64,000 bases of DNA, from contig CAZMLK010000001.1 in assembly GCA_964567265.1 (NCBI GenBank), positions 395,723 through 459,722 on the forward strand, in the 5' to 3' direction. Numbering within the stretch: position 1 is the stretch's first letter; every line of letters starts with the position of its first letter. Made by a program: the position numbers and the translations under genes. The notes under the pieces are model-generated. The model did not search any database and had not been told where the DNA came from. It worked only from the letters and a program-made list of their open reading frames with translations. This DNA is from an uncultured Candidatus Saccharibacteria bacterium (GTDB lineage Bacteria; Patescibacteriota; Minisyncoccia; Phycocordibacterales; UBA12088). This document shows positions 18,949 through 29,022 of this stretch, one piece after another.

Positions 18949-20013
18949 CTATTCGTCGAGGTCAGGCTTTTCGAGCACGAGCACGCTCGCGGCGAGTCCT
19001 GCCGACTCACCAGTGATCCGGAGCACATCTTTGTCTATCTTCTTGAATTCCTTGCCGCTCGCCATGTAGTGATTCACCACCGTCGAGAGCGACACGCCCA
19101 GTTTCGCATGATAGTCGCCATACGCGCCGAGATGCTTCGAGAGCTCGGCGACGCGCTTGATGATGTCCTTTGCCGTTTCCTCGATCTGCATGGCCTTGAG
19201 CCCTTGGAGCACCGTCTGGAGGTACGCCAAGAATGAGGTCGGCGAGACGATGATGACTTTGTACTTCCCTGCCGCGCGCTGGATCAGGTTCTCGGTGTCG
19301 TCGGTGACCGCGCCGATCTTGTTGATGAGGAGATCATAATAGATCGCCTCATGCGGGATGAACATGAATGCGAATTCCATCGTCCCTTCTTCGGGACGGA
19401 TGTATTTCGACGTCTCCTGGATGCGGAGCTTGAGGTCGTTCGTGAACAGCTTCTCGAGCCGGTCCTTCTCTGAAGGATCCTTCGCTTCGATGAGACGGTT
19501 GTAGTTCTCGAGCGAGAATTTCGAGTCGATCGGGATGATCTTGTCCTTCACGAAAACGGCAGCGTCCACGATCTCGCCACTCTTGAACATGTACTGCATC
19601 TGGAAATTGCCGGGCGGCAGGACGTTCTGGAGGAGCGTCTCCAGGTAATACTCGCCGAGGATGCCGCGCTGCTTCGGGTTCTTGAGAATATCTTGGAGGG
19701 ATTGGAGCTGCTCCGCGAACCCTTGCGTCTGCCGGCCGATTTCCTTCACCGACGTGATCTCCTCGGTGATCTCACGGATCAAGCGCGACGATTCGCCGAG
19801 TTGGACGCGCATAGTCTCGTGGATCTGCGTATTCGACTCCCCCATGCGGCGGTCGAGCGTGGTGGAGAGCGACTGGAGTTCCTTCTGGAGGAGCAGCAAG
19901 CCTTCCATCTTGTCATCCTTCCCGTCGTCTTTCCGACGGAGGAGAAACCACACCAACCCTCCATTGAAGGCCGCGAACACGACGAAAAATATGATGAGTA
20001 TCCAGATCTCCAT
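18949..20013 (-). CDS. rmuC: DNA recombination protein RmuC
   Basis: N-terminal TM, long coiled-coil, conserved RmuC C-terminal domain (FMFIPHEAIYYD ... VIIVSPTSFLAYLQTV). Confidence 0.85.
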   Translation of the reverse strand: MEIWILIIFFVVFAAFNGGLVWFLLRRKDDGKDDKMEGLLLLQKELQSLSTTLDRRMGESNTQIHETMRVQLGESSRLIREITEEITSVKEIGRQTQGFAEQLQSLQDILKNPKQRGILGEYYLETLLQNVLPPGNFQMQYMFKSGEIVDAAVFVKDKIIPIDSKFSLENYNRLIEAKDPSEKDRLEKLFTNDLKLRIQETSKYIRPEEGTMEFAFMFIPHEAIYYDLLINKIGAVTDDTENLIQRAAGKYKVIIVSPTSFLAYLQTVLQGLKAMQIEETAKDIIKRVAELSKHLGAYGDYHAKLGVSLSTVVNHYMASGKEFKKIDKDVLRITGESAGLAASVLVLEKPDLDE

Positions 20014-20022
20014 AGGGCTATC

Positions 20023-22734
20023 TTACGCTTCCGTAGCCTTTCTGCCAAAAAAAAGCAATTTTGTCGTCTCGATCGTCGCAAGGTTGAAAAACCCGATGCC
20101 AGCAAGGATGAGCACATCCGAATGCGAGAGCGGCACGAGATGGAGGAGGTGCGAAAGCGCGGGGATATTGAGGGCGCCGAGGAGCGCAGCGAAGCTCGCG
20201 GCGAGCGCCAGGAGAAGGAATCTATTCGAGAATATATTGATACGCCAGAGTGGCTGGCTGAGGCTCTTCATCGAGAACGCGAAGAAGATGGAATCGAGCG
20301 AGAGCGATATGAACATGATGGTCCGGATCTCCTCCTCCGGCATGCCTGTGAGCACGAGATAGATGTAGAGCGCGACCAGGAAGCTGCCGGAAATGAGGCT
20401 CGCGAGGATGATGAGCTTTTTCAAAGCAGGCGTCACGAGCGCGTTCTTAGAACGGGATCGCGGCTTGCGGCGCATGATTCCCTTCTCAGCCGGCTCGAAT
20501 GCGAATGCGAAATTCATAAGCCCTCCTTCGATGATATTGGTCCAGAGGAGCTGGGTCGGCAGGATCGGCAGCGGCGCCGCGAGCACCAAGGATCCCGTAA
20601 TGAGGAAGATGCTGCTGAAATTCGTCGCCAGCATGTAGGCAAAGATCTTGCGGAGGTTGTCGACGATACGGCGCCCTTCTTCGATCGCCGCGACCATGAT
20701 CGAGAAGCTGTTATCGAGGAGGATGAGATCGGATGCCTCTTTCGCGACTTCCGTACCGCTCCCGACCGCGACGCCGATGTCGGCGCTCCGGAGCGCAGGC
20801 GCGTCGTTGATGCCGTCTCCCGTCATCGCGACCACCTCGCCGGCATTCTTGAGGATGCGCACGATGCGGAGTTTCTGTTCTGGCGTCACGCGCGCGAACA
20901 CCTGCGCTTCACGGAGCGCGCGGAGGAGCGCCTCATCATCCATCTCCTCGAGCTTGGTGCCGGTGTACGATGAGAATTCCCCCTCCGCGACGCCCGCGTC
21001 GCGCGCGATCGCGCGAGCGGTCTCCTCGTTGTCGCCCGTGAGCATGATCACCGTCGCCCCCGCGCCCTTCACGGTCTTGATCGCTTCCGGCACGTCCTTG
21101 CGGATCGGATCGTGGAACGCCAGGAGGCCGACGAACGTGCTCCCATTGGTCAGCTTGTGATGCTCCTCGTCATCCTTTTCCGGAATCTTGTGCCAGGACA
21201 CTTCCTTGTACGCGACCGCGATGAAGCGCATGCCTTCGCGGCTGAGCGAGAGCTGTACCTGCTCGAATTGCCCGCGATCGTCACCCGTCATCGGGACCGC
21301 CTTTCCCTCGCGGTACACGTATTCAGCCCGCTCGAGGAATGCCTCCGGCGCACCGGTCATGATGAGCCGGCGCTCCTTTCCTTTCTGCTCATTGAGCGAC
21401 GCGCCGAACCGCCTCGAAGATTCGAAATGGAGGAAGTCTACTCGCTTCTGCTCGGCATGGAGGCCAGGCTGGGTGATTCCCTCCTTGAGGCCCGCATGCA
21501 ATATCGCTTTCTCGATGGGCCGGCCGTGGATGATGAATTTCGCTTCCCCTTCCTTCGCCTCGATGCCTGGATTCTCGAACTCCTCGATGAACGCGTCAGA
21601 TCCGAGGACTGCCATTCGGAGAAGATCCTTTGCATCTTCTTCCCACGCTTCGCCCGGGGCATGCGCGCGTGATTCGAGCGTGTAGACGGATGCCAGATCC
21701 ATGCGGGCTTCAGTCAGCGTGCCGGTCTTGTCAGTAAGGATCACCGTCGTCGCGCCGAGCGTCTCTGCCGCGAGCATGTTCCTCACTAATCCGCCGCGGC
21801 GGAGGATCGCTTCCATGCCGATCGCGAGCACTGCCGTGACTGCAGCAGGAAGGCCCTCGGGCACGACGGCAACAGCAATCGCGATCGCGATGAAGAGCAT
21901 CTCGATGAGCGGCTCGCCGCGCAGCAGCCCGAGGATGAAGATGACGGCGATGAGCACGACGACCAGGGATACGAGCATCGAAGCGATATGGTGGAGATTT
22001 TCCTGGAGCGGCGTCCGGCGCGTATCCGCGGACCCGAGCTCGCGCGCAATCGCGCCGACTTCCGTCTGCATGCCGACCGCGACCGCGACACCGAGGCCGG
22101 AACCGCCGACCACGAGCGTATTCGCGTATGCCATGTTGAGGCGTTCGGCGAGCGGCAGAGTATTCTCAAGCACTGCCGGATCCTTGGAGACCGGCAGCCA
22201 TTCGCCCGAGAGCGAAGCTTCGTTGACGGAGAGCGTGTGCACTTCAATCAACCGTACATCAGCGGGCACCGTATATCCGGCTTCCAAAACAACGATATCC
22301 CCGACGACCACTTCTTCAGAAGGAATGGTGACCTTCTCGCCATCGCGAATGACGATGGCGCGTTTGATCTCGGATGAACTGAGGAGCTGGAAGGCGCGGC
22401 TCGCCCGTCCCTCCTGGAAGAGCCCGATGCCGACATTGAGGATGAGCGCCGCGAAGATGACCGCACTGTCGGAAGTCTCATGGAGAAGGAGCGTCGCGAA
22501 GCCGGCAACCAGGAGCACTGCCGCGAGCGGATTCTCGAGCTGGCGGAGCACGCGATGGCCAGCGGTATCGGTATTCGTCGAGGTAAGGACGTTCCTCCCG
22601 AACGCTTCACGGAGCGTGGCGACCTGTGCATCGCTCTGGCCGGTCTCCGGGCTCACCTTGAAACGCGACAGCAGCGCGTCAACCGGCTCCGCGTGAGCAG
22701 GCGCTCCTTCCAGTGCATCTGTGCCTTTCGACAT
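20023..22734 (-). CDS. P-type (P2-like) cation-transporting ATPase
   Basis: DKTGTLT phosphorylation site, TGDN, GDGINDAPAL hinge, 8-10 TM helices; 903 aa. Confidence 0.9.
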   Translation of the reverse strand: MSKGTDALEGAPAHAEPVDALLSRFKVSPETGQSDAQVATLREAFGRNVLTSTNTDTAGHRVLRQLENPLAAVLLVAGFATLLLHETSDSAVIFAALILNVGIGLFQEGRASRAFQLLSSSEIKRAIVIRDGEKVTIPSEEVVVGDIVVLEAGYTVPADVRLIEVHTLSVNEASLSGEWLPVSKDPAVLENTLPLAERLNMAYANTLVVGGSGLGVAVAVGMQTEVGAIARELGSADTRRTPLQENLHHIASMLVSLVVVLIAVIFILGLLRGEPLIEMLFIAIAIAVAVVPEGLPAAVTAVLAIGMEAILRRGGLVRNMLAAETLGATTVILTDKTGTLTEARMDLASVYTLESRAHAPGEAWEEDAKDLLRMAVLGSDAFIEEFENPGIEAKEGEAKFIIHGRPIEKAILHAGLKEGITQPGLHAEQKRVDFLHFESSRRFGASLNEQKGKERRLIMTGAPEAFLERAEYVYREGKAVPMTGDDRGQFEQVQLSLSREGMRFIAVAYKEVSWHKIPEKDDEEHHKLTNGSTFVGLLAFHDPIRKDVPEAIKTVKGAGATVIMLTGDNEETARAIARDAGVAEGEFSSYTGTKLEEMDDEALLRALREAQVFARVTPEQKLRIVRILKNAGEVVAMTGDGINDAPALRSADIGVAVGSGTEVAKEASDLILLDNSFSIMVAAIEEGRRIVDNLRKIFAYMLATNFSSIFLITGSLVLAAPLPILPTQLLWTNIIEGGLMNFAFAFEPAEKGIMRRKPRSRSKNALVTPALKKLIILASLISGSFLVALYIYLVLTGMPEEEIRTIMFISLSLDSIFFAFSMKSLSQPLWRINIFSNRFLLLALAASFAALLGALNIPALSHLLHLVPLSHSDVLILAGIGFFNLATIETTKLLFFGRKATEA

Positions 22735-22800
22735 ATAGCTCTGAGTATAGCAAAGGGTCCCGTACTTTCAGAGGCATTTTTCATTTGGTATACTGCTCCC

Positions 22801-23250
22801 ATGATACAAACCCACATCCGCGAAGAGCTCTTGAAAGCCATGAAATCCAAGGAGGAACCGAAGCGGACGGTGCTTCGCGGCATCATCAGCGCCTTCACGA
22901 ACGAGCTCATCACCCTGAAGCGCTCTCCACAAGGAGAACTTACCGACCAGGAGGCCCTCGCCGTCATCCGCCGCGCCGTGAAGCAGCGCCGCGATTCGAT
23001 CGATCAGTTCCGGAAGGGTCATCGCGACGACCTCGCGCTTGCTGAGTCTGAGGAGCTCATGGTGCTCGAAGCATACGTGCCGCAGATGATGTCGAAAGAG
23101 GAGATCGTGCAGCATGCGCTCGCGAAGAAGGCGGAGCTCGGACTGACGGAGAAAGCGCAGGTCGGCCTCCTCATGGCGTCCTTGATGAAGGAACTCCACG
23201 GCAAGGCGGACGGCGCGGATGTAAAGGAAGTGGTTACTTCCCTATTCTAA
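22801..23250 (+). CDS. GatB/YqeY domain protein
   Basis: MIQTHIREELLKAMKSKEE...LRGIISAF...QRRDSIDQFRKG matches YqeY. Start at the internal ATG of the longer ORF-track ORF. Confidence 0.8.
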   Translation: MIQTHIREELLKAMKSKEEPKRTVLRGIISAFTNELITLKRSPQGELTDQEALAVIRRAVKQRRDSIDQFRKGHRDDLALAESEELMVLEAYVPQMMSKEEIVQHALAKKAELGLTEKAQVGLLMASLMKELHGKADGADVKEVVTSLF

Positions 23251-23269
23251 GGAAGCGGGAGGTTCTAAA

Positions 23270-23308
23270 AGAAAAAGCCCCCGCGCCTTCGGCGCGGGGG
23301 CTTTTTCT
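23270..23308. terminator. bidirectional terminator (gcccccgcgcc-ttcg-gcgcgggggc flanked by A- and T-runs)
   Basis: Perfect GC hairpin with a ttcg loop, between convergent genes. Confidence 0.8.
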
Positions 23309-23324
23309 AATTCTCTTTCAAACG

Positions 23325-25730
23325 CTATGGAGTCGAAACTGCCCTGAGCATCGGCTCGATGCGGTCAGCAACCCGTGCATACCCGCTGGCATTCGGATGC
23401 ACCAAGTCGCTGCTCGTGAGGAACGGATTTCCCAGGACTCCTTTCAGGATATTCTCGACATACGCCGACTGCGTATCTCGTGCCACGTCCTTATACCGAT
23501 CATTGAGCGACGGGTTGAGGATGCCTCCGCCGAGACCGACCACGAGTACAACTGCTCCCTTCGCCTGGATGCGCTCCACAATGGTCTGCAGGTTCGAGAA
23601 TGTCTCAGCCCGTGAGACCGCGGGCACGCTGAGATTCGCGCCGATGCGGACAAGGATCAAGCGTATGCGTTCAGCAAAAGCCTTGTCGCCAATCGCGAGC
23701 GCTTCCTCATACATCCGGTGAAGCTCATCGTTCGCTCCGAGGAAGACAATGACGACTTTCGGATTCTTGGAAAGGACATCAGCGTCGAGGCGCGCGAGCG
23801 CCATCGAGGTATCGTTGCCGGACACGCCTGCATTCTGGATCGGCTTGCCGAGACGCTGCGAGAGCACGCTTACGTAGTCCTTTCCGGCAGGAGCACCGAC
23901 ACCGGAGGTCAGGCTGTCTCCGAGCGCGATAATATTCTGACCTTTTGATGGGTAGTTCTTGACCGGCCAGGGATTGCCTCCCGGATTCCCGCCGGTACCA
24001 CCCGTGGTTCCCCCGGTAGTACCGGTCGTTCCAGTAGTCCCTGTGGTGCCGGTCGTGCCTGTAGTTCCTGTAGTGCCCGTTGTCCCCGTGCTTCCGCCGC
24101 CGCCAACACGAATGCTGCCAGGACTCGCTCCAACTCGAGTGAACCCATCGTTGATGAATACGCGTGCCTCATAGATGCCATCAGCAAGTGAAGGAAAGGT
24201 CATCGATCCGGATGTTCCACCAGCTGGGATGTACTGCCATGCCGTGTACGAACGATCACCCTGCCCTGCTGCATAGATTCCCACCCAGTCTTTCGCATTG
24301 CGGCTCTGAGGTGCCTGCCAGTTCACGGTCACCGCGCCTCCAGACGGAACGGTTGCTGCTGCAAAGGCGACGGCATATCCGCCGGTACCGCCCGTCGTTC
24401 CTCCTGTGGTCCCTCCGGTCGTACCTGTGGTTCCCGTAGTACCGGTAGTTCCTGTCGTGCCTGTGGTTCCGGTAGTGCCCGTCGTTCCTGTGGTGCCAGT
24501 TGTCCCGCCCGTGGTGCCTCCCGTTCCTCCCATCGTAAATGCATTCGAGACCGCGACATGCGCACCCCCGCTGGTCACAAAATATCGTGCCTCATACACG
24601 CCCGGCTGGAAGCTTGTGAAATCAACGGCACCATCAGCAGATCCGATCGGAACATACTGCCACTTCCAATAGCCGCCATCGCTTCCAGAATTCGGCGTAT
24701 AGATGCCGATCCAGTCATGCGCTCCGACTGCAGGCGTGTGATAGGTCACATGCGCAACGCTGCCATTCACAGTAACTGAGAGCGAATATGAACCTCCGCC
24801 GCCGGTCGTTCCTCCTGTAGAGCCGCCCGTCGTACCTGTGGTTCCCGTAGTGCCCGTTGTCCCTGTCGTGCCAGTGGTCCCCGTCGTTCCAGTAGTACCA
24901 GTTGTGCCGGTTGTGCCCGTTCCGCCACCACCGCCAACACTGACAGAGCCAGGACTGGTCGCTGCACGCGTATATCCATTATTCAAATACAACCGCGCTT
25001 CATACTGGCCGTTCGCAAGTCCCGGAAAGCTGAGCGTTCCAGATGTCGCACCGCCGATGTACTGCCATGCCGTATACGAGCGATCTCCCTGGCCAGTCGC
25101 GTAAATGCCGACCCAATCTTGCGTACCGCGACTTGCGGGCGCCTGCCAGTTGACCACGACAGCACCTCCAGTCGGGACCGAAGCAGATGCGAACGAGACC
25201 GCATATCCTCCGGTACCGCCGGTGGTCCCGCCGGTAGTACCTCCCGTGGTCCCAGTTGTGCCGGTCGTTCCAGTCGTCCCCGTGGTACCGGTCGTGCCTG
25301 TTGTCCCAGATGTACCCGTCGTCCCAGTGGTTCCCGTAGTGCCTCCGGTTGTTCCCGTCCCTCCTCCGCCACCGTACGTGACCGAATTCGAGACTGCGAC
25401 ATGGCTATAGCCATTGGCGACAAGATACCGTGCTTCGTATGTGCCCGGATTGACGTTTAAGAAATCAATCGCTCCGTCTACCGCACCAGCCGGAACGTAC
25501 TGGTACAGGATGAATCCATGGTTGTCTGCTCCCACCGGAAAGAGTCCAATCCAATCCTGGTTGCCGGCCGTCGGCGCATGGTAGGTAACATGAATAATCC
25601 CGCCGGTGACAGTTGCATTCAACGTATAGCTTCCAACCTGCGCGTCAGCCCTTTCCACGGCTCCAAACCCAATGAGGGCGATCGCGGCTGAAAGAAGGAT
25701 TGTTGCCCTGATGGTGGTATGCATGGTCAT
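23325..25730 (-). CDS. secreted multi-domain protein: signal peptide, 4x ~90-aa repeat domain separated by (Thr-Gly)n linkers, C-terminal SGNH/GDSL hydrolase
   Basis: Signal peptide MTMHTTIRATILLSAAIALIG. Four repeats, each with W[IV]G[IL][FY]...[QK]Y...YEAR[YLV], alternating between two subtypes. TGTTGTTGTT linkers. C-terminal GDSLTSG, GANDE and DLVHPN motifs of the SGNH hydrolase family. Confidence 0.8.
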   Translation of the reverse strand: MTMHTTIRATILLSAAIALIGFGAVERADAQVGSYTLNATVTGGIIHVTYHAPTAGNQDWIGLFPVGADNHGFILYQYVPAGAVDGAIDFLNVNPGTYEARYLVANGYSHVAVSNSVTYGGGGGTGTTGGTTGTTGTTGTSGTTGTTGTTGTTGTTGTTGTTGGTTGGTTGGTGGYAVSFASASVPTGGAVVVNWQAPASRGTQDWVGIYATGQGDRSYTAWQYIGGATSGTLSFPGLANGQYEARLYLNNGYTRAATSPGSVSVGGGGGTGTTGTTGTTGTTGTTGTTGTTGTTGTTGTTGGSTGGTTGGGGSYSLSVTVNGSVAHVTYHTPAVGAHDWIGIYTPNSGSDGGYWKWQYVPIGSADGAVDFTSFQPGVYEARYFVTSGGAHVAVSNAFTMGGTGGTTGGTTGTTGTTGTTGTTGTTGTTGTTGTTGTTGGTTGGTTGGTGGYAVAFAAATVPSGGAVTVNWQAPQSRNAKDWVGIYAAGQGDRSYTAWQYIPAGGTSGSMTFPSLADGIYEARVFINDGFTRVGASPGSIRVGGGGSTGTTGTTGTTGTTGTTGTTGTTGTTGGTTGGTGGNPGGNPWPVKNYPSKGQNIIALGDSLTSGVGAPAGKDYVSVLSQRLGKPIQNAGVSGNDTSMALARLDADVLSKNPKVVIVFLGANDELHRMYEEALAIGDKAFAERIRLILVRIGANLSVPAVSRAETFSNLQTIVERIQAKGAVVLVVGLGGGILNPSLNDRYKDVARDTQSAYVENILKGVLGNPFLTSSDLVHPNASGYARVADRIEPMLRAVSTP

Positions 25731-25857
25731 GATAGTGATGACTCGTATGATAACGGATTCTTTCTAAAGGGATTATGAAGACAGAAGTGGGTTACCCCGG
25801 CCGAGCTGCCTGATTTTTGCTCGGGCACACAATACAACGTTTTTGAGGGATTGCATA

Positions 25858-25892
25858 GGAAAAGAGGCCGCGCGAAGCGCGGCCTCTTTTTG
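25858..25892 (-). terminator. terminator for beta-helix gene (agaggccgcgc-gaa-gcgcggcctct)
   Basis: GC hairpin with T-runs on both strands. Confidence 0.7.
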
Positions 25893-25911
25893 CTACATCG
25901 CACCAATCCAA

Positions 25912-28848
25912 TTATCGCATCACTCCCCGCGTCAGCGTCCCAAAATAGCCAGTACCCGCAGAGAGTCCTGCTGGTTCGAGGATATCTGCGACATGCGCGT
26001 TCTGAAAGAGGATGAGGGCTGCCTTAGTAGCAGGTCCGAAGAAATCAGTCTCGAATCCTGGCGACCCTGCTCCTACAGCGGACACTGTAAATCCATGTAC
26101 ATTCAAGTACATCTGAAGCTGACGGACATCTTCCCCGCGAGATCTGACTCTGAGATTGCGCGGGAAAGTCACTGACGTCATGGCAGGCGTCGTTGTTGAT
26201 ACCGAAAGATTTCCAAACACTTCATTGAGTTTCGCCAGCGTCAGCGGGCCGACGACACCATAGCCGGTCGTGCTCGGTGTGCCCGTGGTGACGATACCGT
26301 ACTTCGCTTGGAATCGTCGTACTGCGGCTTCCGTCAGCGCACCATAGAATCCGTTGACAATGGCTTCCGGGTACAGGGCAGCGTCTGAGGCAAAGAGTTG
26401 TTGCAAGGTGCGGACGTCTGGGCCCTGCATGCCGGGGAAGAGCGCGTTCGTGAAGATTGGACTCCTGCCTGTCGACGGCATCAACGGGGCAGGTTGTTGA
26501 TTGGAAGTACCAGGAATGGTCACCGCAGCTGAACAGACTGAGAAGGCGTTGCAGTATTTCACATAGAGCGTGCTTGTAGTATCAGGCCATGGGAGCGAAC
26601 TGGTTGCATTCACGTAGGTTGCAGTAGCGAACGAAGGGTCCGTGGAAATGGCAATCTTCGTGATATCCGTTCCGAATGAGAATGTGAGGATCCGTCCTGA
26701 CGGGATTGGCGTCGTTGACGTGGCAGCAAATCCTCCAGATGGACCCGTAGGGACTGGTGCACTTCCACCTCCTCCGCCCGAGGGTGGCAGGACGATATTC
26801 ACCGTTCGCGTTGACACCGCACTGTTCCCTGCCGTATCGGTTGCCGTGTAGGTAATGCGGTATGTTCCGACCGTGCCCACCGTCACTGTGTCCCCACCTG
26901 TGGTGACCGACACTGTTCCATCGACATCATCGGTCGCCGATGCGCCCGGGTCCGCAAAGCCCTGGCCGATGGTTTGAGTGATGGAGGCAGCTCCCGAAAG
27001 CGTAATGGTCGGCGCGACCGAGTCGGTATATTCGTACGCACCGATATCGCAGACACCCTGACGACTGACACCATTTTTGTCTGTCGTTGGGCACAGAGAA
27101 TCCGTGCCCGCATTGATGGCTGGGGAAGATGCGAGGAGGCGGTAATCACCCCCTGACACATCAGCCAATACGGGATCACTAGTCAAAGAATGCGACCCTA
27201 GAGAAAATCCCGACCCAGAGACTGACGCCGTTGCCGTATGTGCAATGAGGCTATAGTCTTCACTCACACTCGTCGCACCGGTTGTTTTCGAGATACCCGT
27301 CGCAAATCCATATATCAAATTGTTACGCAACGTAACGTTCCCTGTTGATTGGAGCGACATCGCTACGCCTGACTGCGACGGATTGATGAGGGTGTTGTTA
27401 TAGAACGAGAGCGCGGCCGCATCAAGCAACGTTACCAGTGCATTTGTTCCTGCGACTGTGGTGTATCCGAATACGTTTCCATACGCGATAATTGACGAGT
27501 TTTCAATATTTGTGACTGCACTTTTTTTATTGCCCCAAGCATACGAATTGGTAAGCCTGCCCCCTGACGTCTCGTGCCATGAGAATCCGTCACCATCGGA
27601 ACCAGATCCATCGACTCCATTGTTTGTAGATGTAGCATGATCGATGTTGATTGTGGGTCCATTATGAAATCCAAATCCATCATTCGTGTTGCTATCTGCG
27701 GTTGAATTTAAAATCGTTACGGTACCGCCAGTACCCGCGACAGCAACCCCGTTGGAACCAGTGACCGTGCCATTACTGTTGAATGTCGAACCGGACAATG
27801 TAAGGGTGTCACTTGATCCTCCCATGGTGACATTGATGCCAGCAAGACCGTTTGAACCCACGGTGAGATTTGAAAATCTTGACCCAGTTGACCCTGCCAG
27901 CATCAATATGCCGTCAGACGTATTGTTGGAGACCGTCGTCGTAGCAATGATTGCATTTGTTGGCTTCGAATCGAATCGGATTCCACGAGCAGTATTCCCA
28001 GTAACGGTCGAGTTTTTAATCGAAATTCCACTTGCGGTATTCAATATATATATTCCGTTCGAGCCGCAGCCCTGAATGGTAACTCCATCAATGACTGCTG
28101 TGGTGACATTATTCAAGATGAGGCAATCTCCTGAACCGCCTGTGATCGTAGAGGAGGTAATGGTGATATTTGAGCCAGCAGCCACAGAACTTCCAAACTT
28201 CATGCCGCTTGTTGAGGCGGTGATCGTGAGGTTTGAAAAAGTATCTCCTTGCGACTTGGTACCATTCAAGTTTATGCCGGTTGTAAAACCACTGACCGTA
28301 ATGTTGTCATATGTGCTCGCGGTACTGGTAGCATTGGTACTGATGACGATGGCCTGCGTTGTTGTGCCGCTAATTGAGAGATGGTTGAAATTAAGTCCGG
28401 TAAACGTACCTGAAAATACAAAGATGCCTGATTCGGACGGACTTCGTAAGACAAGATTTTGAATCGTCAGATACGATGCGCTGTTGCGAATATCGAATAT
28501 CCTATTCTGGCTTCCGGCATTCAGAATGGGATTGGCACCAGTGCCGTATGCATCAAAAACAATTGGATTTCCAGATGTACCCGAATCGTCAAACAGCGTT
28601 ATCTTTATATTTGAGAACGTTTCACCTTTCTTGAATAAAATCTGGTCTCCTGCCACGAAAGTGCGCGCGTTGATTGGTGTAGCCGACTGCCACGGCGTTC
28701 CACTGCTCGTACCATTATTCGAATCGCTGCCAAGAGTGGCGTCCACATAGTATGTCGCCGCGCTTGCCAGCGACGGCACTGCAGTCACAGCAAACAACGC
28801 TATTGCTGCAAATACAAACGCGATGTTTTTTGGGTAATTTTGAGGCAT
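25912..28848 (-). CDS. secreted right-handed parallel beta-helix repeat protein with Ig-like domain and two C-terminal peptidoglycan-binding (PG_binding_1-like) domains
   Basis: Signal peptide. Dozens of degenerate PbH1-like turns (NxxGxGI/NIT/GxS ladder). Ig-like TVSVTTGGDTVTVGTVGTYRITYTATDTAGNS. Two C-terminal repeats of the form G.DVR.LQ..L...G.....DG.FG..T..A...FQ. Confidence 0.8.
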   Translation of the reverse strand: MPQNYPKNIAFVFAAIALFAVTAVPSLASAATYYVDATLGSDSNNGTSSGTPWQSATPINARTFVAGDQILFKKGETFSNIKITLFDDSGTSGNPIVFDAYGTGANPILNAGSQNRIFDIRNSASYLTIQNLVLRSPSESGIFVFSGTFTGLNFNHLSISGTTTQAIVISTNATSTASTYDNITVSGFTTGINLNGTKSQGDTFSNLTITASTSGMKFGSSVAAGSNITITSSTITGGSGDCLILNNVTTAVIDGVTIQGCGSNGIYILNTASGISIKNSTVTGNTARGIRFDSKPTNAIIATTTVSNNTSDGILMLAGSTGSRFSNLTVGSNGLAGINVTMGGSSDTLTLSGSTFNSNGTVTGSNGVAVAGTGGTVTILNSTADSNTNDGFGFHNGPTINIDHATSTNNGVDGSGSDGDGFSWHETSGGRLTNSYAWGNKKSAVTNIENSSIIAYGNVFGYTTVAGTNALVTLLDAAALSFYNNTLINPSQSGVAMSLQSTGNVTLRNNLIYGFATGISKTTGATSVSEDYSLIAHTATASVSGSGFSLGSHSLTSDPVLADVSGGDYRLLASSPAINAGTDSLCPTTDKNGVSRQGVCDIGAYEYTDSVAPTITLSGAASITQTIGQGFADPGASATDDVDGTVSVTTGGDTVTVGTVGTYRITYTATDTAGNSAVSTRTVNIVLPPSGGGGGSAPVPTGPSGGFAATSTTPIPSGRILTFSFGTDITKIAISTDPSFATATYVNATSSLPWPDTTSTLYVKYCNAFSVCSAAVTIPGTSNQQPAPLMPSTGRSPIFTNALFPGMQGPDVRTLQQLFASDAALYPEAIVNGFYGALTEAAVRRFQAKYGIVTTGTPSTTGYGVVGPLTLAKLNEVFGNLSVSTTTPAMTSVTFPRNLRVRSRGEDVRQLQMYLNVHGFTVSAVGAGSPGFETDFFGPATKAALILFQNAHVADILEPAGLSAGTGYFGTLTRGVMR

Positions 28849-28963
28849 GTAACAAATTCAATGAGTAAGCGTTTTGTATTCTCGAAGACGGATTTGAAAC
28901 GTAGTCATTGCCACTGATTCACTATACCAGCTGCATTACGACAGAGGTATTCCGAATGGGGAT

Positions 28964-29012
28964 TACGGCGGAAAAAACGGAAAAAGGCGGCCGCGCTTCG
29001 CGCGGCCGCCTT
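28964..29012 (-). terminator. terminator for 29023..30603 gene
   Basis: aggcggccgcg-cttc-gcgcggccgcct hairpin followed on the minus strand by TTTTTCCGTTTTTTCC. Confidence 0.8.
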
Positions 29013-29022
29013 TCGCCTCCAC

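Noticed and set aside
23959-25410. ORFs translating as VVPVVPVVP... or PVVPPVVPPVV...
   Set aside because: These are alternative-frame or opposite-strand readings of the 9-bp Thr/Gly linker repeats of the 23325..25730 gene, not separate genes.
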